Part shown: positions 9,358-17,629 of the stretch, piece after piece | Numbering within the stretch: position 1 is the stretch's first letter | Layout of the letters: each line of letters opens with the position of its first letter | Source: Spirochaetia bacterium | GTDB lineage: Bacteria; Spirochaetota; Spirochaetia; UBA9216 | Direction of reading: 5' to 3' | DNA: 64,000 nucleotides | Assembly (NCBI GenBank): GCA_965140585.1 | Contig: OZ223264.1 | Span: forward strand, 768,001 to 832,000 | Program-made: the position numbers and the translations under genes | Notes under the pieces: generated by a model | Database searches by the model: none | The model's input: the letters and a program-made list of their open reading frames with translations, nothing else | What the model was told of the DNA's origin: nothing

Positions 9358-10533
9358 ATGAAGATTTTTCTGATTATCATTGCAATTCTGATTTTTATAG
9401 CTGCAGTTTTATTTATCATAATGATTATTAATAGCAGACCGATCAGCAGCACAGAAGCACGGCAGATGATAGACGCATATCTGCAGAAGATGCTTACCGG
9501 AAAAAGGAAAGTGAATAATATTTTACTGCTTGTAGATTCTCCGGAGCAGCATCTGCATTTTGAATTTGCCGGGGGGCAGGTTTTCGGCGAACCTGCGGTT
9601 GTTTCACAGCGCTTTCATGTTGCCAGCGTAGGAAAGCTTTTTACATCAGTAACTGTGATGCTTCTTCAGGAGCAGGGAAGGCTGAGTATTGACGACAAAG
9701 CAGCGGATATTCTGGGAAGTGATATGCTCAAAGGTCTGTTTATGTATAAGGATAAAGATTATTCAGCAGATGTAACTGTACGGCAGCTGCTCAATCATAC
9801 AAGCGGTATTGCGGATTACTTTGAAGATCCGGTTGAAAGCGGAGTTTCCATGAAGGACCTTATTGTAAATGAGCCGGATCGTTTCTATACCCCCAATGAT
9901 CTTCTTGATTTTACCAGATACCACCAGAAAGCGGTCGGATTTCCTGGTAGGAAAATGCATTATTCAGACAGCGGTTATATTCTGCTTGGGCTGATAATTG
10001 AAAAGGTCAGCGGCAGGCCTTTTCATGAAAATCTGCATGGGCTGATATTTGATCCGCTTAATATGAATGACAGCTATCTTATGTTCTACTCTGAAGCTGC
10101 AAACGGTCCTGCTCCAATTAATGAAATATGGCTGGAAGGCAGCGAAATACATGACGATAAAAGCCTTTCCATCGACTGGAGCGGCGGGGGGATAATATCA
10201 ACCCTTTCCGATCTATCCATTTTTATTAAAGCCCTGAACAGCGGAAATTTAATCAATAAAGAATCACTTTCGCTGATGAAAAACTTTGATAACAGATGGA
10301 TTCAAGGCATCCATTACGGACTTGGCATAATGGAATATCATTTTACAGAATATATGCCGACACTCAGAGGTTTTCCCAAGATGGTCGGTCATATGGGAGT
10401 TCTCGGCACTCAGATGTTTATTGATCCTGATACCGGGCTGACGATCATCTGCAGCTTCGGTTCTACCGATGCTCCGGGCATGAGTGTACGTGCACTGATT
10501 CAGGTTCTTTCCATTATAAGACGAATATCGTGA
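9358..10533 (+). CDS. Membrane-anchored serine hydrolase (class C beta-lactamase / D-peptidase family)
   Basis: SD AGGAG before ATG 9358; N-terminal TM; SxxK (ASVGK), LLNHTSG, YSD, GHMG. Confidence 0.88.
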   Translation: MKIFLIIIAILIFIAAVLFIIMIINSRPISSTEARQMIDAYLQKMLTGKRKVNNILLLVDSPEQHLHFEFAGGQVFGEPAVVSQRFHVASVGKLFTSVTVMLLQEQGRLSIDDKAADILGSDMLKGLFMYKDKDYSADVTVRQLLNHTSGIADYFEDPVESGVSMKDLIVNEPDRFYTPNDLLDFTRYHQKAVGFPGRKMHYSDSGYILLGLIIEKVSGRPFHENLHGLIFDPLNMNDSYLMFYSEAANGPAPINEIWLEGSEIHDDKSLSIDWSGGGIISTLSDLSIFIKALNSGNLINKESLSLMKNFDNRWIQGIHYGLGIMEYHFTEYMPTLRGFPKMVGHMGVLGTQMFIDPDTGLTIICSFGSTDAPGMSVRALIQVLSIIRRIS

Positions 10534-10578
10534 ATGAAATGTGCTTGACTATACTCCTCATTCACATGAAAATGGCTT

Positions 10579-10737
10579 ATGGACATGAAACTTGCTTTTA
10601 ATATTTTCCTTGGCGTCGGAGCTGTTATCGTTGCAGCAGCAGCTGTTATGCTGGTTGTTCTTGTTTACCGCTATATAAAAGGAATGAGAAAGCAGGGATT
10701 TTTCGGCGGAAAGCGGAACAGTGAAAACCAGGGATAA
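10579..10737 (+). CDS. Small single-pass membrane protein (52 aa), absent from the ORF track
   Basis: MDMKLAFNIFLGVGAVIVAAAAVMLVVLVYRYIKGMRKQGFFGGKRNSENQG; TTGACT-17-GAAAAT directly upstream. Confidence 0.55.
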   Translation: MDMKLAFNIFLGVGAVIVAAAAVMLVVLVYRYIKGMRKQGFFGGKRNSENQG

Positions 10738-10808
10738 GATCTGGTGGATTGGACTGGGGCTGTATCTGGTAATTTACCTGATTCTCCGTTTCTGCTATCA
10801 GTGAGGAA

Positions 10809-11363
10809 ATGATGAAAAGGTTATTACTTGTCTCTATCATATTGTTGTCTGTGCTTCCGTTATTTGCAGAAGTTGCGATGAAAGATGAGCTTACCGGAAA
10901 ATGGACTCTTAATTTTTATATATGTGAGCAGCCTGACGGACTTCTTACTGCGCCCGAAGCATACTACTCATTTCCGTACAGCGGAATAACCTCGATAGAA
11001 ATTCTTGACGGCAGTTTTATTACAATCCTCTATGGAGAGCTGGAGTACAGGGCTCTTTATTCTGTTGAAGAGCTGGACTTTGATAACCTGAAACTGACCT
11101 GTGTATTTCTTGACGGCAGGGAGTTCACAATTAACCTTGTCAAAGCAGGTGAAAATGCCTGGAAGTTTCTATATTATGTAAGCAACGAAACCTTTCCTGT
11201 AGAGAACGAGAAGATTGAAGAGACCGAAGATATGGAAAGTGTGATGACCGCTCAAACAGATTCATTGAATACAGACTATGCTTTCGGCGAAGAGATCCCT
11301 GTTGAAGCAGAATTACCACTCACAATGTACGCCGGTATAATGGAGAAAGATGAAATACACTAA
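10809..11363 (+). CDS. Hypothetical exported protein
   Basis: Signal peptide MKRLLLVSIILLSVLPLFA; acidic body; overlaps the sppA start. Confidence 0.7.
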   Translation: MMKRLLLVSIILLSVLPLFAEVAMKDELTGKWTLNFYICEQPDGLLTAPEAYYSFPYSGITSIEILDGSFITILYGELEYRALYSVEELDFDNLKLTCVFLDGREFTINLVKAGENAWKFLYYVSNETFPVENEKIEETEDMESVMTAQTDSLNTDYAFGEEIPVEAELPLTMYAGIMEKDEIH

Positions 11364-12960
11364 ACTTGTACTTTCCGGACAGTATCATGAAACCGGAAAC
11401 CAGGGAAATGACCTGTTATCTATAGGTACTGATGAAGGTTTTAGGTTTGACCGCTTTTACATACGGACCGCCAATATTCTTAGAAAGAAATCTGTTACGA
11501 AGGTTCTTGTAGACTGCCGAACAGATTTCAGGACCGGACTCTTCGCAGGTCTGGAGGAAATACGAGAATGTCTGAAAAAGCTGGCTGATGCCGGTAAGGA
11601 TGTCATCTTTTATTCACCGGTCTACGGGCCGGTTCAGCTTTATCTTGCATCGGCCTGCACCACCAGGATTATCCACCCCGTCGGAACAGTAAAATTTCAG
11701 GGGCTTGCCTGGTCTTTTACCTTTCTGAAAAAACTTTTTGAAAAGGCTGGGATTGAAGCACTGGTTATCCGGCGAGGAAAATACAAGAGTGCCGGAGATC
11801 AGTTTTCTAAGGAATCGCTGGACGAACATAACCGGGAACAGTATGAACTTTACTTTAAAACTGTTCTTGATGAGCTGAAATCCGGAATTATCTCAGGCTA
11901 TGGAATGAAAGAAGACGCTCTTGACTCCATGCTTGACGGTGAAACTTTTCAGGCTGAAGACGCCCTGGGGGCGGGCTGGGTCAGTTCGGTATCCACCCTG
12001 ATCGATATAGAGTCGGGCTTTAAAAAAGATAAAATCAAAAAGACTTCAGTAACAGATACCGCGATGAAATCCGCACTATTTGCCGCCAAAAAAGGCAGGG
12101 TAGCTGTTCTTGTATTCGAGGGTGCAATAGTCGATGGAAAATCCAGGCGTGAGCTGCTTATAGGCAATGCCGTCGGTTCAAACTCCTTTATTCCGCATAT
12201 CCATAAACTTAAAGATGATTCCTCGGTGAAGGCTGTAGTTCTCAGGATTAACTCCGGCGGAGGTTCTCCCTATGCTTCAGAGGATATCCGCAGTGCGCTT
12301 AAGCTGCTTGCAGAGAAAAAACCTCTTTATATTTCTATGGGCGAGGTCGCCGGTTCAGGCGGATACTGGATATCCTGCTGCGGAGAACAGACTCTGGCCT
12401 GCAATACCAGTCTTACAGGTTCGATAGGTGTTATCAGCATCTATATGGCCTGGTATCGCCTGCTGGAAAAGCTTGGAGTCTCAGGAGATCTGATTAAATT
12501 CGGGAAGTATTCCGATACCGGTTCTCCGATGAGAAGCCTGACTGATGATGAAATTAAAATGCTTGATTCTGAAATTGAATCAATGTACAGCCAGTTTACG
12601 TCGATGGTTGCAAAGGCCCGTAATAAAACTGTGGATGAAATTGATTTGCTGGGTATGGGCCGAATCTGGTCAGGCTGCGATGCACGGAAAAACGGTCTTG
12701 TCGACAGCTGCGGATTTCTCACGGATGCCGTAAAGGCTGCTGCAGAAAAAGCCGGTATCAAGGTGCCGATTGTAAAATTTTATCCTGAAATAAAAAATAA
12801 TCTGCTTAAAAAACTGATTATGAAGCGTCCTAAGGATGATGACGCGGCAGATTCCGGGTCAATTGTAAAAATCCCGCCTTTTCTTCTCAGCGGATCAGTT
12901 ATAGAAAAAAGCAGAGGATACAGTATAATGGCTGTAATGGAAGAGGTTCTGCACTTGTGA
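11350..12960 (+). CDS. sppA: Signal peptide peptidase SppA (S49, two-domain form)
   Basis: GKYKSA (catalytic Lys), LRINSGGGS, AGSGGYW (catalytic Ser), TGSIGV, GRIWSG. Confidence 0.88.
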   Translation: MKYTKLVLSGQYHETGNQGNDLLSIGTDEGFRFDRFYIRTANILRKKSVTKVLVDCRTDFRTGLFAGLEEIRECLKKLADAGKDVIFYSPVYGPVQLYLASACTTRIIHPVGTVKFQGLAWSFTFLKKLFEKAGIEALVIRRGKYKSAGDQFSKESLDEHNREQYELYFKTVLDELKSGIISGYGMKEDALDSMLDGETFQAEDALGAGWVSSVSTLIDIESGFKKDKIKKTSVTDTAMKSALFAAKKGRVAVLVFEGAIVDGKSRRELLIGNAVGSNSFIPHIHKLKDDSSVKAVVLRINSGGGSPYASEDIRSALKLLAEKKPLYISMGEVAGSGGYWISCCGEQTLACNTSLTGSIGVISIYMAWYRLLEKLGVSGDLIKFGKYSDTGSPMRSLTDDEIKMLDSEIESMYSQFTSMVAKARNKTVDEIDLLGMGRIWSGCDARKNGLVDSCGFLTDAVKAAAEKAGIKVPIVKFYPEIKNNLLKKLIMKRPKDDDAADSGSIVKIPPFLLSGSVIEKSRGYSIMAVMEEVLHL

Positions 12961-14261
12961 TAATGGAAGACCTGTTTCTGGAAAAAGCTGTTACAGCCGC
13001 TGTTCATTATACTGAATCTACCGGTATTAGTTGTTTTGTCATAGACAATGAAGGCAGGCGGATAGGTCCCGAACCTGATGAAAACTCTCCGGGCTTCAGT
13101 TTCTGCAACCGTATTGAGCATGTTTTTCCGCAGGACAGGCTGGACTGCAGTCAGGTTCATCGATACGGAAGCTATCAGGCAGAGCGTTTCGGCGGTAAAT
13201 ATATGTTTTTCTGTCCTATGTCGCTTCTTCACTGGACCTCTCCGCTTTTCAAGGGAGGAATTCAGGTCGGCTCAATGGTTTGCGGGCCTGCTCTCATCAT
13301 AGATTCTGATGATTTTATTAGAAACGACCTGATATCCGGCAAGAATCTTCCGGCAACGGAAATCTTCAGTCTGATGAAGCTTGCATCCGATATTCCCTCA
13401 ATTACAACAGAACGCTCCCGCAGTCTTTCTGAGCTGCTTTTTTATGTTACTGAGAGTCTTTCCGAGATGGATTCTCTTACTCTGGAGATGAAGCAGGAAA
13501 ACTCTGACCAGCAGAAGGAAATCTCTGAATATATTCAGTATATCAAGACCATGGAACATTCCAGTGCGGAGATTTCCCAGTATCCCTTCGCGAAGGAATC
13601 GGAGCTTATCGACTGCATCGAAAACGGAGAGGCCTCAAATGCGAAGGCTATCCTGAATGAAATACTTGGAAACGTGTTCTTTACTGCAGGAGGTGACATT
13701 AAGGTCATCAGAGCCAGAGTTCTTGAGCTTATAGTTCTGCTTTCGAGAGCTGCCGTTCGGGGCGGTGCCGATGCCGAGCAGATTTTCGGTATGAATTATC
13801 AGTATCTCAATCGGATCAACTCCTTCACCAGTGTAGAGGGAATAGCCGGCTGGCTATCGAGGGTGATTCACAGGTTTTCGGAACTGGTTTTTGATATGCG
13901 TGAAATAAAACATGCCGACGCAATTCACGGGGCAATGCAGTATATACGGGAACACTACCGCGACAAGATTTCGCTCGAGGAAACTGCAGCACATGTAAAT
14001 CTTTCCCCATCCTATCTCAGTAAGGTCTTCAAGAAGGAGCTTGATCTCAATTTCAATACCTATCTTAATCAGGTCCGGGTTGAAAAGAGCAAGAACTATC
14101 TGCTTAATTCCGATGTTCCGCTGATTGATATAGCCGGTATGTGCGGATTTGAAGATCAGAGTTACTTTTCAAAGGTTTTTAAAAAATTTACCGGTACTTC
14201 GCCGGGAAAATTCCGGGAAAACCGCGGAAAGATAAAGCTTAATAATCACGAACTACATTAA
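12957..14261 (+). CDS. PocR-domain AraC-family transcriptional activator
   Basis: N-terminal PocR-like sensor (CSQVH...YMFFCPMSLLHWTSPL...MVCGP); C-terminal AraC HTH LSPSYLSKVFKK...GFEDQSYFSKVFKK. Confidence 0.87.
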   Translation: MIMEDLFLEKAVTAAVHYTESTGISCFVIDNEGRRIGPEPDENSPGFSFCNRIEHVFPQDRLDCSQVHRYGSYQAERFGGKYMFFCPMSLLHWTSPLFKGGIQVGSMVCGPALIIDSDDFIRNDLISGKNLPATEIFSLMKLASDIPSITTERSRSLSELLFYVTESLSEMDSLTLEMKQENSDQQKEISEYIQYIKTMEHSSAEISQYPFAKESELIDCIENGEASNAKAILNEILGNVFFTAGGDIKVIRARVLELIVLLSRAAVRGGADAEQIFGMNYQYLNRINSFTSVEGIAGWLSRVIHRFSELVFDMREIKHADAIHGAMQYIREHYRDKISLEETAAHVNLSPSYLSKVFKKELDLNFNTYLNQVRVEKSKNYLLNSDVPLIDIAGMCGFEDQSYFSKVFKKFTGTSPGKFRENRGKIKLNNHELH

Positions 14262-14278
14262 GAAATCTGCATACATAA

Positions 14279-14336
14279 AAAAATGCAAAAGTTAACAAAA
14301 TAATTCAATACGGTATTAAGCCTCAGAGAGGATAAT
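14279..14336 (+). promoter_or_regulatory. Candidate activator-dependent promoter of the corrinoid gene
   Basis: AAAAATGCAAAA, a second CAA half-site 20 bp later, -10 GATAAT at 14331. Same layout at 15244-15300. Confidence 0.5.
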
Positions 14337-14354
14337 ATTATCAGAAAAATCTAA

Positions 14355-14490
14355 AATGACCGAACTGAAGGAAGCGAAGTGAAAATCTTCCGCGAGCGCG
14401 TCACTGTGAAGGTCCGGAAACAGACCAAGCCAGAATACTTCATCTCGGCATTATGTCATACTCAGACCTCGCGTACAGGGATGGAGATGA
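14355..14490 (+). ncRNA. Cobalamin riboswitch-like element (compact, divergent variant)
   Basis: GAAGGAA + T-loop arm AAGTGAAAATCTT + CACTGTGA + B12-box-like AGCCAGAATACTT. Closing helix AATG/CCGA/TGAAG pairs with CTTCA/TCGG/CATT. Downstream hairpin loop CGCGT can pair with GCGCG. Lies in the leader of a corrinoid protein gene. Confidence 0.75.
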
Positions 14491-14508
14491 GAGAAAGAGA
14501 GGAACAGG

Positions 14509-15144
14509 ATGGCAGATTTTGAGAAAATTTCAGAATTGATGCAGAAAGGCAAGGCTGATGAGGTTAAGCAGCTTTGTGCAGACGCTCTTGCAGAGGGCAT
14601 TGCACCCAAGGAAATCCTTGAAAAGGGACTTCTTTCCGCGATGAATATTGTAGGAGTAAAATTCAAGAACAATGAAGTTTTTGTACCTGAAGTACTTATT
14701 GCAGCAAGGGCAATGAATTTCGGACTCGAAGTTCTTAAGCCTGCAATGGTCGGAGATGATGTTGAAGAAATCGGAAAGGTAGTTATTGGAACAGTTAAGG
14801 GTGACCTTCATGACATCGGTAAAAACCTTGTAAAGATTATGTTTGAAGGCAAGGGCCTCACAGTCGTGGATCTCGGAGCTGATGTTTCGGCTGAAAAGTT
14901 CATCGAAGCAGCCCAGAATGAAAATGCGAAAATTATTGCATGCTCAGCTCTTCTTACTACAACTATGACCCAGATGGAAAACGTAGTTAAGGCTGCAGTA
15001 GACGCAGGTATCAGAGACAAGGTAACCATCATGGTCGGCGGTGCTCCGGTAACAGAGAAATTCTGTGAAAGCATCGGTGCTGATATCTATACAGCAGATG
15101 CAGCTACAGCTTCAGAAAAAGCTCTTGAGGTTTGTACAAAATAA
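14509..15144 (+). CDS. Methyltransferase-cognate corrinoid protein (MtaC/MtbC family)
   Basis: Cap domain MNIVGVKFKNNEVFVPEV; B12 motif GDLHDIGKNLV; SALLTTT; MVGGAP. Confidence 0.95.
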   Translation: MADFEKISELMQKGKADEVKQLCADALAEGIAPKEILEKGLLSAMNIVGVKFKNNEVFVPEVLIAARAMNFGLEVLKPAMVGDDVEEIGKVVIGTVKGDLHDIGKNLVKIMFEGKGLTVVDLGADVSAEKFIEAAQNENAKIIACSALLTTTMTQMENVVKAAVDAGIRDKVTIMVGGAPVTEKFCESIGADIYTADAATASEKALEVCTK

Positions 15145-15188
15145 TCCAAAAACCGCCTGCATTGGCAAATTTCTTTTATAAAAATACG

Positions 15189-15225
15189 GAGGATATCCAA
15201 TAAGCTTTGGATATCCTCTTTTTTT
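15189..15225 (+). terminator. Rho-independent terminator after the corrinoid gene
   Basis: GAGGATATCCAA-taagct-TTGGATATCCTC perfect 12-bp stem plus T7. Confidence 0.88.
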
Positions 15226-15243
15226 ATATATTTGGGCGGGTGT

Positions 15244-15300
15244 AAAAATGCAAAAATTTGTTAATTACTACAATCCTTCAGACTTAAAGGGTCTTAGAAT
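15244..15300 (+). promoter_or_regulatory. Candidate activator-dependent promoter of the UroD-CobW-ASKHA operon
   Basis: AAAAATGCAAAA, second CAA 20 bp later, -10 TAGAAT at 15295. Confidence 0.5.
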
Positions 15301-15341
15301 TATATCAAGCTATTAAAATGCAATTATCACCCGGAGGATAT

Positions 15342-16691
15342 ATGACTGGAAAAGAAAAATTACTGGCAGTGCTTAGAAAAGAAAAAACAGGCGAGGTTCC
15401 ATGGGTCCCCTTTGCCGGCGTACATGCAGGTAAACTTAAAGGGTACACAGCACGTGAAGTTTCTACAGATGCTGATAAGCTGATTGAATCTCTGTTAGAA
15501 GTTAACAGAATCTACAAGCCGGACGGACAGCCGGTAATGTTTGATCTTCAGATTGAAGCTGAAATACTCGGATGTAATCTGGTCTGGTCTGAAGATGCTC
15601 CGCCGACTGTTGCCTCTCATCCGCTTGCCGATACCGAAGAAATTCCCGATACCATGCCCAAGGCTGAAGACGGACGTATTCCTATGGCTGTAAAAGCCAT
15701 GAAAGCCATGAAGGAAAAAGTTGGAGCTGATACAGCACTTTACGGTCTTATTACAGGACCCTTTACTCTGGCATCGCATCTTAGGGGAACCAACATCTTT
15801 ATGGATATGGTTATGAATCCGGAGCATGTAAAAGCGCTAATGGAATATACAACTAAGGTTGCAAATGTAATGACTGATTTCTACGCTGATGCCGGGATGG
15901 ATATCATTGCGGTTGTCGACCCGCTTATCTCCCAGATTTCGCCTGATCACTTTGCTGAGTTTATGGAAGGCCCGTTTTCTGAGGTTTTTGAACACATCAG
16001 GAGCAAGGGTGCATTTTCATCCTTCTTTGTATGCGGAAACGCCACAGCAAATATCGAACCCATGTGCAAGACCGCTCCGGACAGTATTTCGGTTGATGAG
16101 AATGTAAATCTTGCTGCTGCAAAGAAAGTTACTGATAAATATAATGTTGTTATCGGCGGTAATATTCCGCTTACTTCAGTTATGCTCTTCGGTACACAGC
16201 AGGATAACATGAAGACTACAATTGATTTAATTGACAGTCTTGATAACCAGGACCTCCTTATAGTGGCTCCGGGCTGTGACATGCCTTATGATATTCCAAT
16301 TGAAAATACCATTGGAATAGAGCAGGCTGTACATCAGACTGAACAGATCCGTGAAATGGTTGCCAATTATGAGGGCAGTGAAATAGAATTTGAAGGTGAA
16401 CTTCCCGATTATCCAAATCTTGAAAGACCCTTTATTGAGGTTTTCACACTCGATTCAGTAACCTGTGCTGCCTGTACCTATATGAAGGCCTCCGCCGACG
16501 ATATAAAGTCATATTACGGCGAGAAGGTGGACATGATAGAGTATAAATATACAGAGCCTCAGAATATTGCCCGATGCAAAGCAATGGGTGTTCAGCAGCT
16601 TCCCAGTATCTACATCAACGGTGAACTCAAATACTCATCTATAATTCCAAGCAGAAATGAATTTATAGCTGAGGTTGAAAAGTACCTTTGA
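15342..16691 (+). CDS. UroD/MtaA-CmuA-family methyltransferase-like protein fused to a C-terminal thioredoxin-like domain
   Basis: SD GGAGG before ATG 15342; DLQIEAEILG, GPFTLA, FFVCG, IGGNI, APGCD; C-terminal TCAAC and GVQQLPSIYING. Confidence 0.85.
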   Translation: MTGKEKLLAVLRKEKTGEVPWVPFAGVHAGKLKGYTAREVSTDADKLIESLLEVNRIYKPDGQPVMFDLQIEAEILGCNLVWSEDAPPTVASHPLADTEEIPDTMPKAEDGRIPMAVKAMKAMKEKVGADTALYGLITGPFTLASHLRGTNIFMDMVMNPEHVKALMEYTTKVANVMTDFYADAGMDIIAVVDPLISQISPDHFAEFMEGPFSEVFEHIRSKGAFSSFFVCGNATANIEPMCKTAPDSISVDENVNLAAAKKVTDKYNVVIGGNIPLTSVMLFGTQQDNMKTTIDLIDSLDNQDLLIVAPGCDMPYDIPIENTIGIEQAVHQTEQIREMVANYEGSEIEFEGELPDYPNLERPFIEVFTLDSVTCAACTYMKASADDIKSYYGEKVDMIEYKYTEPQNIARCKAMGVQQLPSIYINGELKYSSIIPSRNEFIAEVEKYL

Positions 16692-17629
16692 GTGACAAAA
16701 TAAAATTAATACTGATATCAGGATTTCTGGGAGCAGGTAAAACCACATTTTTAAATAACATCTTTAAAACAATGCCGGACGTAAAGTTCGGCATTATTGT
16801 CAACGACTTCGGCAGCATCGGAGTAGATTCAAAGCTTCTGGGTGCTCAGGATAAAGACAGTATTCTTGAGCTTAATAACGGGCAGATCTTCTGCTCCTGC
16901 CTTGCCGGTTCCTTTGTCTCGGCAGTGGGCAGCTTCTCCCGGCTTGATATCGACTACCTGCTTGTAGAGACTTCCGGCCTGGCAAAGCCTTCACCGCTTC
17001 TTGGAATCATTAACGAAGCTAAAGCAGGCTCGGGCGGCCGTATAAAATATTACGGAATGATAAGCCTTGTGGATGCTTCAACATACCGCAGACTCTCTCA
17101 GGCTGTACTGGCTGTGAATGAACAGATTGCTTACAGCAACAAGGTGATTCTCAATAAAACGGACCTCGCAGGTAAAATGGAAACAAGCCTGTGCGAGTCT
17201 GATGTGCTTACCGTTAACCCTGAGGCTGATGTTATTCGAACAAGTTTTGGGGAAACCGATTCTTCATTTCTCGAGCAGATGCCCGAGATTGAAGAACTCA
17301 GACCTCCTGATAGACGTTTTGCAGGCTGGGGACGGCAGGGCAGACCGGTTCCTGTCCTGCTGACCTGTTCCGGTCCTGCAGCCGAAGCGGATTTAAACCG
17401 CTTTATCGACAGCATCCGCAGCAGTGTTTACAGAATCAAAGGCTGGCTTAAAAGTGCGGACGGATATCTGCAGGCAGATATCTCCGTGGCTTCAGACGGG
17501 CAGTACTGCAGACATGTCTCCGATTCAGAGCGTGAAGGACTTGTAATCATTTCTCCGGCAGATGATGCTGTTCTAGAACTTATTCGAAAATCTGCGGAAG
17601 AACTAAGCGGAGCAGAAATAAAAATATGA
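16688..17629 (+). CDS. CobW/COG0523-family GTPase metallochaperone
   Basis: GFLGAGKTT, VNDFG, FCSCL, VETSG, NKTD, YRIKG. Confidence 0.9.
   Translation: MSDKIKLILISGFLGAGKTTFLNNIFKTMPDVKFGIIVNDFGSIGVDSKLLGAQDKDSILELNNGQIFCSCLAGSFVSAVGSFSRLDIDYLLVETSGLAKPSPLLGIINEAKAGSGGRIKYYGMISLVDASTYRRLSQAVLAVNEQIAYSNKVILNKTDLAGKMETSLCESDVLTVNPEADVIRTSFGETDSSFLEQMPEIEELRPPDRRFAGWGRQGRPVPVLLTCSGPAAEADLNRFIDSIRSSVYRIKGWLKSADGYLQADISVASDGQYCRHVSDSEREGLVIISPADDAVLELIRKSAEELSGAEIKI

Noticed and set aside
15342-16691. True uroporphyrinogen decarboxylase (hemE)
   Set aside because: Lacks the N-terminal RQAGR motif and lies among corrinoid methyltransferase genes, not heme genes.
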